A stretch of 32,000 bases of DNA from Nitrosospira multiformis ATCC 25196 (GCF_000196355.1 NC_007614.1:2340001-2372000); one strand, 5' to 3'; numbered from the stretch's first letter, positions 6,893 to 18,310 are shown. Notes: generated from the sequence alone by a model not told the origin. A program made the numbers and translations.

Positions 6893-7073
6893 TTTTATCC
6901 CCATGTTATTAAGAAAGTGGCAAAAAAGCATCATTTGTATTTCTTAGCTGGGCTATCAACATAACAGGTCAAGTCTGTGCAATACCGCACGTACTCAAAA
7001 CTCCACCACTCTTCACGCCAAGTCCTACGATTCGTTCATGCATCTCCTGGATTATTCCGAGGTTCCATTGATC

Positions 7074-7114
7074 TGCTTGGGTTTCCAGGACCATTCCGAG
7101 AGTTAGTTTTCGGC
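7074..7114. repeat. IS3-family terminal inverted repeat (orfB-proximal end)
   Basis: Starts TG...; an imperfect ~40-bp match to the reverse complement of 8255-8297, with a shared core CAGGACCA and AGTTTT(T)CGGC. Confidence 0.75.
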
Positions 7115-7119
7115 GCTGG

Positions 7120-7963
7120 TTAAACCCGGGCAAGGCTTGAAAGCCCCGCCCGGTGTGCAAATTCGGCTGGCGACAGGTCATTGAGAGTCGAGTGAGGTCG
7201 ACTCTCGTTGTAGTCCCGTCGCCAGTCTTCGATGATCGTTTTGGCCTCTTCCAGCGTTTCAAACCAGTGCAAGTTAAGACACTCGTCCCGGAATGATCCG
7301 TTAAACGTCTCGATGTGGCAATTGTCCGTCGGCTTTCCTGGCCGGCTGAAGTCGATCCGTGCCTGGTGATGGTACGCCCAGAGATCGAGCAACTGCCCCG
7401 AGAATTCGCTGCCATTATCGACAAAAAGATATTGAGGAGGACCCCGCCGCGGCCAGTCGATTTAACGTAGCGACCACATGGTCGCTTCGCAGACGCTGAC
7501 CCACTTCGATTGCCAATGCTTCCTTGCTGAAGACATCCACAATCGTCAGCGTACGGAACTTCATCCCGTTGGCCAGTTGGTCCGCCACAAAGTCCATGCT
7601 CCATGCTTCATTGGGTTTGGTCGGCTTGATCTTCGCCTGGCGTCTCACGACCATCTTGCGGCGCCTGGGCAGCTTTGAGCGAAGCTGTAGCTGCTCTTCG
7701 CTATAAAGCCGATACATCTGGTTTTTACCCAGCTGCCAGCCTTCACGCTTGAGAAGCACGTGGATGCGCCGGTAACCATAACGCACCCGTGTCTTTGCAA
7801 TCTCCCGCATACGCCCTCGCAACGCCTGCTTCGGATCCTTGATGCTCCGATAGTACTGGACGCTGCGCGATTGCTTCATCAACCTGCAGGCCCGCCGCAT
7901 GTTCAGGTCATGGTGGCTCACGATGTAGTCCACCACTTCGCGTTTCAGCGCGGGCCGGGCCAC
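7120..7963 (-). pseudogene. IS3-family transposase OrfB (DDE integrase core) carrying an extra, non-programmed frameshift
   Basis: ORF 7415..7963 (...WSMDFVADQLANGMKFRTLTIVDVFSKEALAIEVGQ...) and ORF 7120..7392 (...IDFSRPGKPTDNCHIETFNGSFRDECLNLHWFETLEEAKTIIEDWRRDYNESRPHSTL) are two halves of one DDE domain in different frames. The bridging peptide PPQYLFVDNGSEFSGQLLDLW is readable only after a 1-nt shift near 7440-7450. Confidence 0.7.
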
Positions 7964-8223
7964 TTTTTTGATGCAACGTCCTGCAGGATCGCCCGGTCCA
8001 GGCTCAAGTCGGCTACCAGCTTCTTGAGCCGCCCATTCTCTTCCTGCAACTGCTTGAGCTCCCGCACCTGGTCCGACTGCATCCCCGCGTACTGCTTCTT
8101 CCAGCGGTAGAACGTCTGTTCCGAGATTCCCACCTGCCGGATCAGATCCGCCACCGGCATCCCAAGCTCCGCCTGCTTTAATACCGCTACGATCTGTTCT
8201 ATTGAAAACCGCTTCTTCTTCAT
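7945..8223 (-). CDS. IS3-family transposase OrfA (HTH)
   Basis: MKKKRFSIEQIVAVLKQAELGMPVADLIRQVGISEQTFYRWKKQYAGMQSDQVRELKQLQEENGRLKKLVADLSLD is a typical IS3/IS911-type OrfA with a leucine zipper. AAGGAGG lies 10 nt upstream of the ATG at 8223; the track ORF start at 8268 is probably too long. Confidence 0.85.
   Translation of the reverse strand: MKKKRFSIEQIVAVLKQAELGMPVADLIRQVGISEQTFYRWKKQYAGMQSDQVRELKQLQEENGRLKKLVADLSLDRAILQDVASKKWPGPR
7963..7969 (-). promoter_or_regulatory. Programmed -1 ribosomal frameshift heptamer A AAA AAG (orfA/orfB junction)
   Basis: The minus strand reads gca tcA AAA AAG tgg in the orfA frame. A -1 slip enters the orfB frame (..KKVARPALKREVV..). This is the classical IS3-family slippery motif. 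Confidence 0.7.
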
Positions 8224-8254
8224 GGCAAACACCCCTCCTTTCAAGGTCAAGTTT

Positions 8255-8297
8255 GCCGAAAAACTCACTTTCTGTCTGGTCCTGAATTCCTAAAGCA
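8255..8297. repeat. IS3-family terminal inverted repeat (orfA-proximal end)
   Basis: Reverse complement aligns to 7074-7114. Ends ...GCA, followed immediately by the GATC duplication. Confidence 0.75.
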
Positions 8298-8471
8298 GAT
8301 CAGAGATCGTTGCCTCGGCTTTATGCCTCCATGGTAGAGAAGATACGAATATACCGTCGCAGGCGGCTTTGCAATATCTCTAGCAATTACACTCATAGCA
8401 ACCCCTTGCTGCCATAACCGCCAAATACACGCTTTGCGTTCATCAGTCATGCCACCATATACACTAGCCAT
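8298..8471 (-). pseudogene. IS30-family-like transposase N-terminal HTH fragment, interrupted by the IS3 element
   Basis: MTDERKACIWRLWQQGVAMSVIARDIAKPPATVYSYLLYHGGIKPRQRSL resembles the N-terminal HTH of one IS30-family subgroup (E-x-W-x-R-W-x-x-G-x-S-x-S-x-I...GGI-x-P). The reading frame is cut by the IS3 insertion at 8297/8298. The continuation left of the IS (6969-7073) is out of frame and stops at 6969. Confidence 0.4.
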
Positions 8472-8580
8472 TGCACACCTCTACAAATCAAGAATCAATA
8501 GGTGTTGCACTGACCGGTTGAATGCGCCCGTGTCTTGTTGTGTAATTTGAATTAGAGGGTTACAAAATGGTTACATTTTA

Positions 8581-8622
8581 GAAAAAAAAAAGGAGTTACA
8601 GTAGATTCTACTTGTAACTCCT
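8581..8622 (-). terminator. Rho-independent terminator downstream of the tRNA
   Basis: The minus strand reads AGGAGTTACAAGTAG-AATC-CTACTGTAACTCCT (14-15 bp stem with one bulge) followed by T10 (the plus-strand A run 8582-8591). It lies 8 nt after the tRNA 3' end. Confidence 0.65.
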
Positions 8623-8629
8623 TGTTTAC

Positions 8630-8706
<77 letters not shown>

Positions 8707-8763
8707 TTTACAACTTTAAAACTCTTAACTTGGAGCTGTATTGAACTGGATACTGAAGGCTAG

Positions 8764-10887
<2,124 letters not shown>

Positions 10888-11069
10888 CCGAACCTCGCCC
10901 TCAGGTTGACCCGAAACTCCGGCAAACACAGCCATCTTTGCTTTTACCGCTGTTTGGACTTGTGTCCGGGTTTGACCACATTCTTTTCTGAGTTCTTTCC
11001 GTTGAAAGGAAAAATTTTTCTATTATATCAGAACATGCTTGCATTCATACCACAGCTGACAATTCTGCT

Positions 11070-12848
11070 TTATGGCATTGCCATCCGCTGAAGCTCCTCC
11101 CTTTCCTCGGGGGTAAGGGCACTCAGGGATTTATTGTGCAGCACTGCCATGCGTTGCTTGCGTTTCATCTCATGTAATCGCGCCATCGCTCCGGCAAATT
11201 CCGCTTCCAGGTCGAGTTCGCCGTCCCAGCCAAGTGTTTTGCTTGCCGCCTGTTCAAGGATTGCGCGGTAGGGACTAGCACGGAAATGAACAGTCATCAA
11301 AGGTATCAACGTCCCTTCTCCCATATGGGGGTGGACGTCGATAAATTCAACGAGCGCCGCTAGCGCTGCTACTTCTTTCTCATATTCCTGGTCATATGCA
11401 AGCAGTTCCCTGTCAAGCTTCTGGATATAAGCAGGGTGGTACAACAATATCTGGAGCAGCCACTCGTAGGGAGAAACAGGCTTCGGACGGGAAGGCTTTT
11501 CGCGAACCGGAAAAGCGGTAACGCGTCTGATCTTCAAAATACCTTCCAACTCCCGCTCGCTCAGACCACTGATCTCCGCCAATCGCTTCACCAGCATCAG
11601 TGCAAGTCCGGGTGCGGCGACTCGCGCCAGCAAGGGTTTGGCATCCTGCACCAGCTTGGCACGCCCCTCGCTACTTTTGAGATCGGTTCGCGCCGACAGT
11701 TCCCTGAAAAGAAAAACAGACAGAGGCAATGTTTGCTCAAGCAGCTTTTCGAAGGCGCTTCTGCCATGATTGCGGATGTAACTGTCAGGATCCTCCCCCT
11801 CCGGCAGAAAAAGAAAACCGATGCTCTTGCCGTCGGCAAGCTGGGCGAGGCTGTCCTCCAGCGCGCGCCAAGCCGCTTTTTTTCCAGCGCTGTCTGCATC
11901 AAAGCAAAAGACGATATTATCGGTCTGGCGCAGCAGCTTCTGGATATGGTAGGGGGTGGTGGCAGTGCCCAGGGTAGCCACCGCGTATTCGATTCCATGC
12001 TGGGAAAGAGCCACTACATCCATGTAGCCCTCCACCACGATAACCTTTCCCGCTTCCCGGATCGCCCGCCGGGCGCCAAAAAGATTATAGAGCTCGCGGC
12101 CTTTCTGGAATAGGGGTGTTTCCGGGGAATTGAGATACTTGGGCTCTCCTTTCTCCAGCACTCTGCCACCAAATCCGACAATCATCCCTTTGAGGTTGAC
12201 GATGGGAAACATGATGCGATCACGAAACCGGTCATAACACTTGCCTCCGTCACCCTCGACCATCAATCCGGCCTGTACCAGCAGGCGTTTTTGGGCATTA
12301 TCCGGCTGCCCGGGGAATGAAGTGTGCAGGTTCTGCCAACCTGCGGGAGCATATCCGATGCCAAAGCGCGCAGCGGTTGCACCCGTCAAGCCCCGCTGCT
12401 TCAAGTAGTCGATCGCATTTTTCGAAAGCTTGAGTTGCTCCCGGTAAAAACGCGCGGCAATCTTCATTGCCTCCAGCAACGCACCCGGGGAGTATTCTGT
12501 TCCGTTCGGCTTTACCCGTGCAGAATCTGATTGAGACCCTGATCCGGTTTCAGCTTGTTGCGCAGGCACCTGGAGCCCGATTCGGGCCGCAAGTTCACTC
12601 ACAGCCTCCACGAAGTGCATGCCATCGTACTCCATCACGAAACCAATGGCATTACCGTGGGCCCCGCAACCGAAACAATGATAAAACTGCTTGATGGGAC
12701 TTACCGTGAAGGAGGGAGTTTTTTCACTATGAAATGGGCAGCAGGCGCTATAGTTCGCGCCTGCTCTCCTGAGGGGCACATCGCGCTCGATGACATCGAC
12801 AATATCTGTCCGGTCGAGCAGTTCCTGAATGAATGATTGTGAAATCAT
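11070..12848 (-). CDS. dnaG: DNA primase DnaG
   Basis: N-terminal CHC2 zinc finger (CCPFHSEKTPSFTVSPIKQFYHCFGCGAHGN), TOPRIM region (VIVVEGYMDVVAL...IVFCFDADSAGKKAA). 592 aa. Confidence 0.95.
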   Translation of the reverse strand: MISQSFIQELLDRTDIVDVIERDVPLRRAGANYSACCPFHSEKTPSFTVSPIKQFYHCFGCGAHGNAIGFVMEYDGMHFVEAVSELAARIGLQVPAQQAETGSGSQSDSARVKPNGTEYSPGALLEAMKIAARFYREQLKLSKNAIDYLKQRGLTGATAARFGIGYAPAGWQNLHTSFPGQPDNAQKRLLVQAGLMVEGDGGKCYDRFRDRIMFPIVNLKGMIVGFGGRVLEKGEPKYLNSPETPLFQKGRELYNLFGARRAIREAGKVIVVEGYMDVVALSQHGIEYAVATLGTATTPYHIQKLLRQTDNIVFCFDADSAGKKAAWRALEDSLAQLADGKSIGFLFLPEGEDPDSYIRNHGRSAFEKLLEQTLPLSVFLFRELSARTDLKSSEGRAKLVQDAKPLLARVAAPGLALMLVKRLAEISGLSERELEGILKIRRVTAFPVREKPSRPKPVSPYEWLLQILLYHPAYIQKLDRELLAYDQEYEKEVAALAALVEFIDVHPHMGEGTLIPLMTVHFRASPYRAILEQAASKTLGWDGELDLEAEFAGAMARLHEMKRKQRMAVLHNKSLSALTPEEREELQRMAMP

Positions 12849-12989
12849 TTATGACAGATCAGGCAAGTATGGGGAGAGTGGAGCGCGGGCAGAAAATTCA
12901 CTTGTGCGAGAAAAGAGCACTCCACTTTTTTGATACATGCAGTACTTGCAATTGAAGTCGGCTACCTCGATGAGGCCACAAGCGATGCG

Positions 12990-13436
12990 TCAGAGGGCGA
13001 GTCTGATCTTGACCAGGGCAGATACTTTGCTCATATCCGCCCGCCCGGAAAGCCTGGGCTTGAGCAACGCCATTACCCGCCCCATATCCTGTTGTCCCTT
13101 GGCGCCAACGGCCGAAATCGCTTCCGCGACAGCACATTCCACCTCATTATCGCTCAATGCCTGAGGCATGTAGGACTGCAGCACCTCCATTTCATACTTC
13201 TCTGCATCCGCGAGATCCTGCCGGTGGGCTGCTTCATATTGGACAATGGAGTCCCTGCGCTGCTTGAGCATTTTTTCGATAGCGGCAACGACAGCCGCAT
13301 CGTCCAGCTCTCTGCGCTCATCCACCTCGCGCTGTTTTATTGCAGCCTGCAACAGGCGGATGGCATCACGCAGCCGCGCATCACCCGCTCGCATCGCGGC
13401 TTTCATATCTTCGGTTATTTGCTGTTTCAGACTCAC
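12990..13436 (-). CDS. GatB/YqeY domain-containing protein
   Basis: 148 aa. MSLKQQITEDMKAAMRAGDARLRDAIRLLQAAIKQREVD...QDMGRVMALLKPRLSGRADMSKVSALVK is typical of the YqeY family. It sits in the usual position between rpsU and dnaG. Confidence 0.9.
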   Translation of the reverse strand: MSLKQQITEDMKAAMRAGDARLRDAIRLLQAAIKQREVDERRELDDAAVVAAIEKMLKQRRDSIVQYEAAHRQDLADAEKYEMEVLQSYMPQALSDNEVECAVAEAISAVGAKGQQDMGRVMALLKPRLSGRADMSKVSALVKIRLAL

Positions 13437-13500
13437 GGTGGCCGAACAGAAATTTACAGAGATTTATGGAGAACTGCTTATTTTTTAAGACTGACTTGAA

Positions 13501-13713
13501 CTAGTAAAGTTTCGGTGGAAGCAACTGGCTGCGCAGGCGCTTGTAGGTCCGTTTTACTGCTGCCGCCAGTTTGCGCTTGCGCTCGGCGGTCGGTTTTTCG
13601 TAAAATTCCCTGGCACGCAATTCGGTAAGCAGGCCTGTTTTCTCTATCGTGCGCTTAAAGCGGCGCATTGCGACTTCAAAAGGCTCGTTTTCCTTGACTT
13701 TAATAGTAGTCAT
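13501..13713 (-). CDS. rpsU: 30S ribosomal protein S21
   Basis: 70 aa. [48 protein letters not shown]. Confidence 0.95.
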   Translation of the reverse strand: MTTIKVKENEPFEVAMRRFKRTIEKTGLLTELRAREFYEKPTAERKRKLAAAVKRTYKRLRSQLLPPKLY

Positions 13714-13856
13714 GAAGATGGGGTTCCTTTCCTGAAAATGTTGATCAATAAAAAAGTGACGATCGGTCTTCGTCTAAATATAGACAGCCCACTATTATAT
13801 AACAAGTAACAATTCCTAAAAAACTCCTGTAAAGAATCTGATTCTCCCTGCCTCAA

Positions 13857-14900
13857 TTGCTCGTACTCGGAATTGAAACCTCCTGCGATGAAACGGGTGT
13901 CGCACTTTATCACACCCAGCAGGGCTTACTCAGCCATGCGCTATATTCGCAAATCGAAATGCATGGGGAATATGGCGGAGTAGTTCCCGAACTCGCCTCC
14001 CGCGACCACATCAGGCGGTTGCTGCCCCTCATCCGGCAGATATTTGCGGAAGCCGGCGTCTCACTGCGAGATCTGGATGCCATTGCATACACCCAGGGTC
14101 CCGGACTTGCCGGGGCCTTGCTCGTGGGTGCAAGCGTGGCAGCCGCGCTTGGTTTTGCGCTCAAAGTTCCCGTGCTGGGGATTCACCACCTCGAAGGCCA
14201 TCTTTTATCTCCTCTGCTCTCCGACCCCGCTCCTGCTTTTCCATTCGTAGCCCTGCTTGTATCGGGGGGTCATACGCAACTGATGGAAGTGACCGGTCTG
14301 GGGCAGTACCGATTGCTTGGCGAAACTGTGGACGATGCGGCAGGAGAAGCCTTCGACAAGACGGCCAAGCTGCTCGGTCTGGGTTATCCAGGAGGGCCCG
14401 CGCTTTCCCGTCTGGCGGATGAATTTACCCGATCAGGCCAATCCGCGCGCTTCGAGCTTCCACGACCCATGCTCCATAGCGGCGATTTCAATTTCAGCTT
14501 CAGTGGCCTCAAAACCGCCGTCCTGACGCTGGTGAACAAACACGAGATGACACCCCAGATTCGCGGTGCGATCGCACAAGCTTTCCAGGAGGCGGCAGTC
14601 GAAGTGCTGACCGAGAAATCGCTTGCGGCACTTGCAAAAACGGGACTTACCCAACTGGTAGTGGCTGGCGGGGTAGGAGCCAATCGTCAATTGAGGAGTA
14701 ATCTCGACCGCAGGGCAGGAACGATTGGCGCGACAGTATATTATCCGAAACTCGAATTCTGCACTGACAACGGGGCAATGATCGCATTTGCGGGAGCAAT
14801 GCGTCTGGAATCTGGAGAGTCTGAAAGTTCAAGGCTTGGCAAGTTCACGATAAACGCCCGCTGGGATCTGGAAATGCAGGAAATCGGGCGAGAAGCATAA
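13857..14900 (+). CDS. tsaD: tRNA N6-adenosine threonylcarbamoyltransferase TsaD
   Basis: TTG start giving (M)[17 protein letters not shown]; HHLEGH metal motif; SGGHTQL; 347 aa. Divergent from rpsU, as in many proteobacteria. Confidence 0.93.
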   Translation: MLVLGIETSCDETGVALYHTQQGLLSHALYSQIEMHGEYGGVVPELASRDHIRRLLPLIRQIFAEAGVSLRDLDAIAYTQGPGLAGALLVGASVAAALGFALKVPVLGIHHLEGHLLSPLLSDPAPAFPFVALLVSGGHTQLMEVTGLGQYRLLGETVDDAAGEAFDKTAKLLGLGYPGGPALSRLADEFTRSGQSARFELPRPMLHSGDFNFSFSGLKTAVLTLVNKHEMTPQIRGAIAQAFQEAAVEVLTEKSLAALAKTGLTQLVVAGGVGANRQLRSNLDRRAGTIGATVYYPKLEFCTDNGAMIAFAGAMRLESGESESSRLGKFTINARWDLEMQEIGREA

Positions 14901-14968
14901 GATGCCATCTGTTTCCGCACTTGTTCTGCTCCCCCGACAATATACCGGGAAGGCGGAGTGCCCAGCCC

Positions 14969-15577
14969 TCAAGAGGTACTGCGCTTGCCAATGCGCGATT
15001 CGCTGCCAGCGATCAGGCCGGCAATATTCGACTTATGCCGCCAGATGAGCAGCAGGGACATGATGAAAACTACAAGGGTGCGCGCTTCGAAGCCGAGAAA
15101 AAATAAGGCATAGAATGGCGCCAGGCTTGCTGCCACTATTGCCGCCAGCGATGAAAAACGCCACATCAACGCTACTGCGAGCCAGATTGTGGCCGCAAGC
15201 AACCCCATCCAAGGATTGAATCCCAACAGTATCCCCAGCGCGGTTGCCACTCCCTTTCCACCTTTGAAATGCAGAAACACGGGAAACAGGTGACCTAGAA
15301 AAACCCCCAGGGCGGCTGCCGCAACCGCCTCGTTACCCAACTCCAGAAGAGGTGCAGAATACTCCGCCAACGCGACCGCAAGCCAGCCTTTGCCTCCGTC
15401 CCCCAACAATGTAAATATCGCTGCGGATTTTTTTCCGGAGCGAAGGACGTTCGTGGCACCGGGATTGCCTGAGCCGTATGTGCGCGGATCAGGCAGCTGA
15501 AAGAACCGGCTCGCCAGCACGCCAAAGGAAATCGAACCCAGCAAATATGCTGGTAGAATCAAAGCTATCAGCGTCAT
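14969..15577 (-). CDS. plsY: Glycerol-3-phosphate acyltransferase PlsY
   Basis: 202 aa. YLLGSISFGVLASRFF...DPRTYGSGNPGATNVLRSGKK...GDGGKG...HLFPVFLHFKGGKGVAT. Confidence 0.93.
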   Translation of the reverse strand: MTLIALILPAYLLGSISFGVLASRFFQLPDPRTYGSGNPGATNVLRSGKKSAAIFTLLGDGGKGWLAVALAEYSAPLLELGNEAVAAAALGVFLGHLFPVFLHFKGGKGVATALGILLGFNPWMGLLAATIWLAVALMWRFSSLAAIVAASLAPFYALFFLGFEARTLVVFIMSLLLIWRHKSNIAGLIAGSESRIGKRSTS

Positions 15578-15698
15578 GTCGTTAGCGCCCTCTTAGGAAC
15601 CGCTGAACAAACCCCTCGTAAATAGAATAAAATCCCCTGCTGATTCTACTTGAAAAACAGCTTGGTAATGCTGCCCGCCGATGCTTTAATGCTTAACA

Positions 15699-16058
15699 AT
15701 GGATATTATCTTCCTGCACGAACTCAAAGTTAAAACGCTGATTGGAATTTACCCGTGGGAACTCAAAGTTGCGCAGACCATCCAGCTCGATCTAGAAATC
15801 GCATTGCCGACGAGCCAGGCCTGTCAGACCGACAATTTCGAGGACGCGCTGGATTATGCCCTCATTGTGCAGCGCATTCAGCAGGTCCTTTCCGAAAGAC
15901 ATTTTTCCCTGCTTGAAGCCTTGGCCGAGCACATCGCGCAAACCATCCTGCTCGAATTCAAATCACCGTGGGTCAAGGTAAGTGTGGCGAAACTGAGCGC
16001 AATTCGCGGTGTAAAAAAAGTAGGTGTGCGCATCGAACGCACATCATGCGGCCATTAA
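15699..16058 (+). CDS. folB: Dihydroneopterin aldolase FolB
   Basis: 119 aa. IFLHELKVKTLIGIYPWELKVAQTIQLDLEI...DNFEDALDYALIVQRI...LLEALAEHIA. Confidence 0.9.
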   Translation: MDIIFLHELKVKTLIGIYPWELKVAQTIQLDLEIALPTSQACQTDNFEDALDYALIVQRIQQVLSERHFSLLEALAEHIAQTILLEFKSPWVKVSVAKLSAIRGVKKVGVRIERTSCGH

Positions 16059-16255
16059 GGGGCGCTGGAAGCATCCCGGTAAGTGCCTGCCTCACGCAGG
16101 GGAGCACTTCTATTACGATACTATTTCGCCATCGATCGTCGATATTGGTTCCAGGGGCTGGCCCGCATCCCTTTCTCCAACGCGTCCAAGGCGAGGCTTC
16201 CGAACGTGAACGAGGGCTGCCTGAGGTGCGTCCGTGATGCGGTGAAATATCCAGG

Positions 16256-16843
16256 CTAGCCCGCTGCGAGTGCCGCCTCTATTTCAGTAAAGGTCCTGGC
16301 AATTTCCACTGAAGGAATGGTAGTTCCAAGCTGCTTCTCGATTTGCGTCAAGGAAAAGATTCCGCAAACGATGGGCTGGCCATCCCCGCCATTCTCTATT
16401 ACCAGTGTATGCTGCCGGCCGGTGTCACACAGGCTGGCGATGATATTCCCGACTCTTGCATGCCGGATTTCCGACATGTGAATCGCCTCCAGACGATCCA
16501 AGGGAGTCATGATGTCGGAAACGAGAATTTCATTGTGCTTGACGCACCTTTCCTGAATGAAACGCAGCGGTTTTTCCCCCAGAATATCGGTCGCCGTAAT
16601 AATGCCTGCGAGAAGCTTGTCCCGATTCAACACAAGCAGAGATCGTATTCCGCGCAGCATCATATAGGCATTAGCCGACTCCATGGTCACATCCGGCTGG
16701 ATTACGGCGGCCGGAATATGCCGTAAGTCGGTCATTACAGCGAGGGCGGGTGATGTCAGAGTTACCGGTTCAGGCTGGGCTGGCGTCGCGACCCGTACAG
16801 CGCCCGTGAGACGCTGCGCCGGGAGGAGATGATAGTCGGACAT
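16256..16843 (-). CDS. CBS domain pair protein
   Basis: Two CBS motifs (PAAVIQPDVTMESANAYMMLRGIRSLLVLNRDKLLAGIITATDILG; VSDIMTPLDRLEAIHMSE...HTLVIENGG..IVCGIFSLTQI). Start moved to the ATG at 16843 (MSDYHLL) because GGAGG lies 8 nt upstream. Confidence 0.85.
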   Translation of the reverse strand: MSDYHLLPAQRLTGAVRVATPAQPEPVTLTSPALAVMTDLRHIPAAVIQPDVTMESANAYMMLRGIRSLLVLNRDKLLAGIITATDILGEKPLRFIQERCVKHNEILVSDIMTPLDRLEAIHMSEIRHARVGNIIASLCDTGRQHTLVIENGGDGQPIVCGIFSLTQIEKQLGTTIPSVEIARTFTEIEAALAAG

Positions 16844-17296
16844 AGCGATATCCTCCACGTTAGGGAGGGAATACGCTCGAAGTCAGTAAAATCGAATTCA
16901 AGCATTCCCCCAAATCTAACTCTACGCCCACCTTCACAAAGGGTCAATGCGACTTTTTGTAATGTCGGAATACAGTAAACCCGAACCGCAAAAAGAGCCT
17001 CTCATAGGTACGCTGCTTGGCCCGCCATCCTTTCATTCATGCATTTGAAGTACAGGGCTATCTATACTTTCTGGCAGAAAAAAACTGTTGCGGACGCAAA
17101 ACGTCAGCTTTTGCTTGATCCGACTTTATGTGGGAAAACGAACAGAGGCGCGTAGCCAAACTGTAGAAGATTGCTCTCACGCTTATCGCAGAGATGACGC
17201 CGATTGATCTGTCCTGTTTGCGGTTTGCGGCAGGCTCGATTAGAACATTCAGTAATTGCTATTCTATCTGACAGTTTCTTTCGTGGAGAACGATAT

Positions 17297-17482
17297 ATGA
17301 AAAACGCGTACAGGGGCTTCGATCTCAATACTGCCGAATTTGATAATTGGTTTGAACCTGCCACTACCCGGATGGCAAAGCATGCCAAATCAAATAAAAA
17401 CAAGCTCTGGGGTGACTTCGAAGGTAGCCGGATAAACCGAAAGAAAAAGCGCGATGCCCGATCCGACTTGTGGGCGAAATAG
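17297..17482 (+). CDS. Possible small basic protein (61 aa), unknown function
   Basis: Internal ATG of track ORF 17204..17482, preceded by GGAGAACGATAT. Translation: MKNAYRGFDLNTAEFDNWFEPATTRMAKHAKSNKNKLWGDFEGSRINRKKKRDARSDLWAK. No family recognised. It sits in an otherwise empty ~690-bp gap. Confidence 0.35.
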   Translation: MKNAYRGFDLNTAEFDNWFEPATTRMAKHAKSNKNKLWGDFEGSRINRKKKRDARSDLWAK

Positions 17483-17546
17483 AGAGCGATTTTTCTCTTA
17501 AATCAACAAGCCCTTCGACAGATTTCTGGGTGCAGCTTCATCTCCC

Positions 17547-18266
17547 TCAGAAATTGTCGAAGCGACTGACATCCCTGATATCTTCGATATCCTTGTTCAG
17601 CCGGCTCAGCATCACTGCCGGTTCAGTCGCCTGGGTAATAGGTCTGCCAATAACAAGATAATCCGCTCCGTTCTCAATCGCCTGGCGAGGGGTCGATATC
17701 CTCCGCTGTTCATCCGGGGAACTATCGGCTGGCCGTATTCCGGGCGTGACCAGACAGAAGTCAGCGCCTATCGCATTCCTCAGCCTGGAAGTTTCGAGCG
17801 GGGAACATACGACCCCATCCAGCCCGCAATCCCGGGTGAGCGCTGCAAGGCGCTGCACCACGTCCTGTGGTTCACCCTTCAGACCCACTTCATCGAGATC
17901 GCTCTGGTCCATGCTGGTCAGCAGCGTCACTGCGATGAGCCTGACCGAGCCCGGCGGTACAGCTTCACGAGCTGCTGCCAGCATTCGTCTTCCGCCCAGC
18001 GCATGCACGTTCATCATCCACACTCCCAAAGCTGCGGCTGTCCTGCATGCATTTGCCACTGTAGTGGGAATATCGTGGAATTTCAGATCGAGGAAGATTT
18101 CGAAACCTTTACCCATCATCTTTTCCACCAACTGCGGTCCGGCAGCGGTAAAAAGTTCTTTGCCGACTTTAAGCCGGCATAGCGAGGGATCCAGACGGGC
18201 TACAAGATCGAGTGCGGATGTGGAATCCGGAAAATCCAGGGCGACGATAATACGAGGATCATTCAT
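17547..18266 (-). CDS. pyrF: Orotidine-5'-phosphate decarboxylase PyrF
   Basis: [12 protein letters not shown]...[10 protein letters not shown]...[13 protein letters not shown]...VTPGIRP...[12 protein letters not shown]. The start is either ATG 18266 or ATG 18293; neither has a clear SD. Confidence 0.92.
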   Translation of the reverse strand: MNDPRIIVALDFPDSTSALDLVARLDPSLCRLKVGKELFTAAGPQLVEKMMGKGFEIFLDLKFHDIPTTVANACRTAAALGVWMMNVHALGGRRMLAAAREAVPPGSVRLIAVTLLTSMDQSDLDEVGLKGEPQDVVQRLAALTRDCGLDGVVCSPLETSRLRNAIGADFCLVTPGIRPADSSPDEQRRISTPRQAIENGADYLVIGRPITQATEPAVMLSRLNKDIEDIRDVSRFDNF

Positions 18267-18310
18267 ATGTAATTTATCGGGAACGAAAATCACAGGAAGG
18301 TACGGTTGAT

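Larger units (their letters stand above)
7074..8297 (-). mobile_element. IS3-family insertion sequence (1224 bp) with a 4-bp GATC target-site duplication
   Basis: The ends are TGCTTGGGTTTCCAGGACCATTCCGAGAGTTAGTTTTCGGC (7074-7114) and, as the revcomp of 8255-8297, TGCTTTAGGAATTCAGGACCAGACAGAAAGTGAGTTTTTCGGC. The flanks are gatc at 7070-7073 and gatc at 8298-8301. Inside are orfA (HTH), an A AAA AAG slippery site and a DDE orfB. Confidence 0.85.

Noticed and set aside
6969-7604. 211-aa minus-strand ORF spanning the IS3 right end
   Set aside because: It is a chimera. It runs out of frame through IS3 orfB and across the IR (7074) into the flanking IS30-like remnant, so it is not a gene.
8540-8580. 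Short direct repeat GGTTACA(A/T)(A/T)T x2 (agagggttacaaaatggttacatttt) next to the tRNA terminator, possibly an IS30 end or an integrase arm site
   Set aside because: It has only two 7-8 bp copies in AT-rich DNA, which is within chance expectation, and no matching inverted partner was identified.
1-8600. Direct repeat of the tRNA 3' end (att-like) that would close the island within the window
   Set aside because: I could not find tggtgggtctgg or ggactcgaacc, or a partial copy, by eye. A computational search on an extended contig is needed before concluding anything.
12930-13499. 189-aa plus-strand ORF
   Set aside because: It is antisense to the GatB/YqeY gene.
17104-17403. 99-aa minus-strand ORF in the large intergenic gap
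   Set aside because: It has no SD and an odd composition, and it overlaps the better-supported plus-strand small ORF. No motif.
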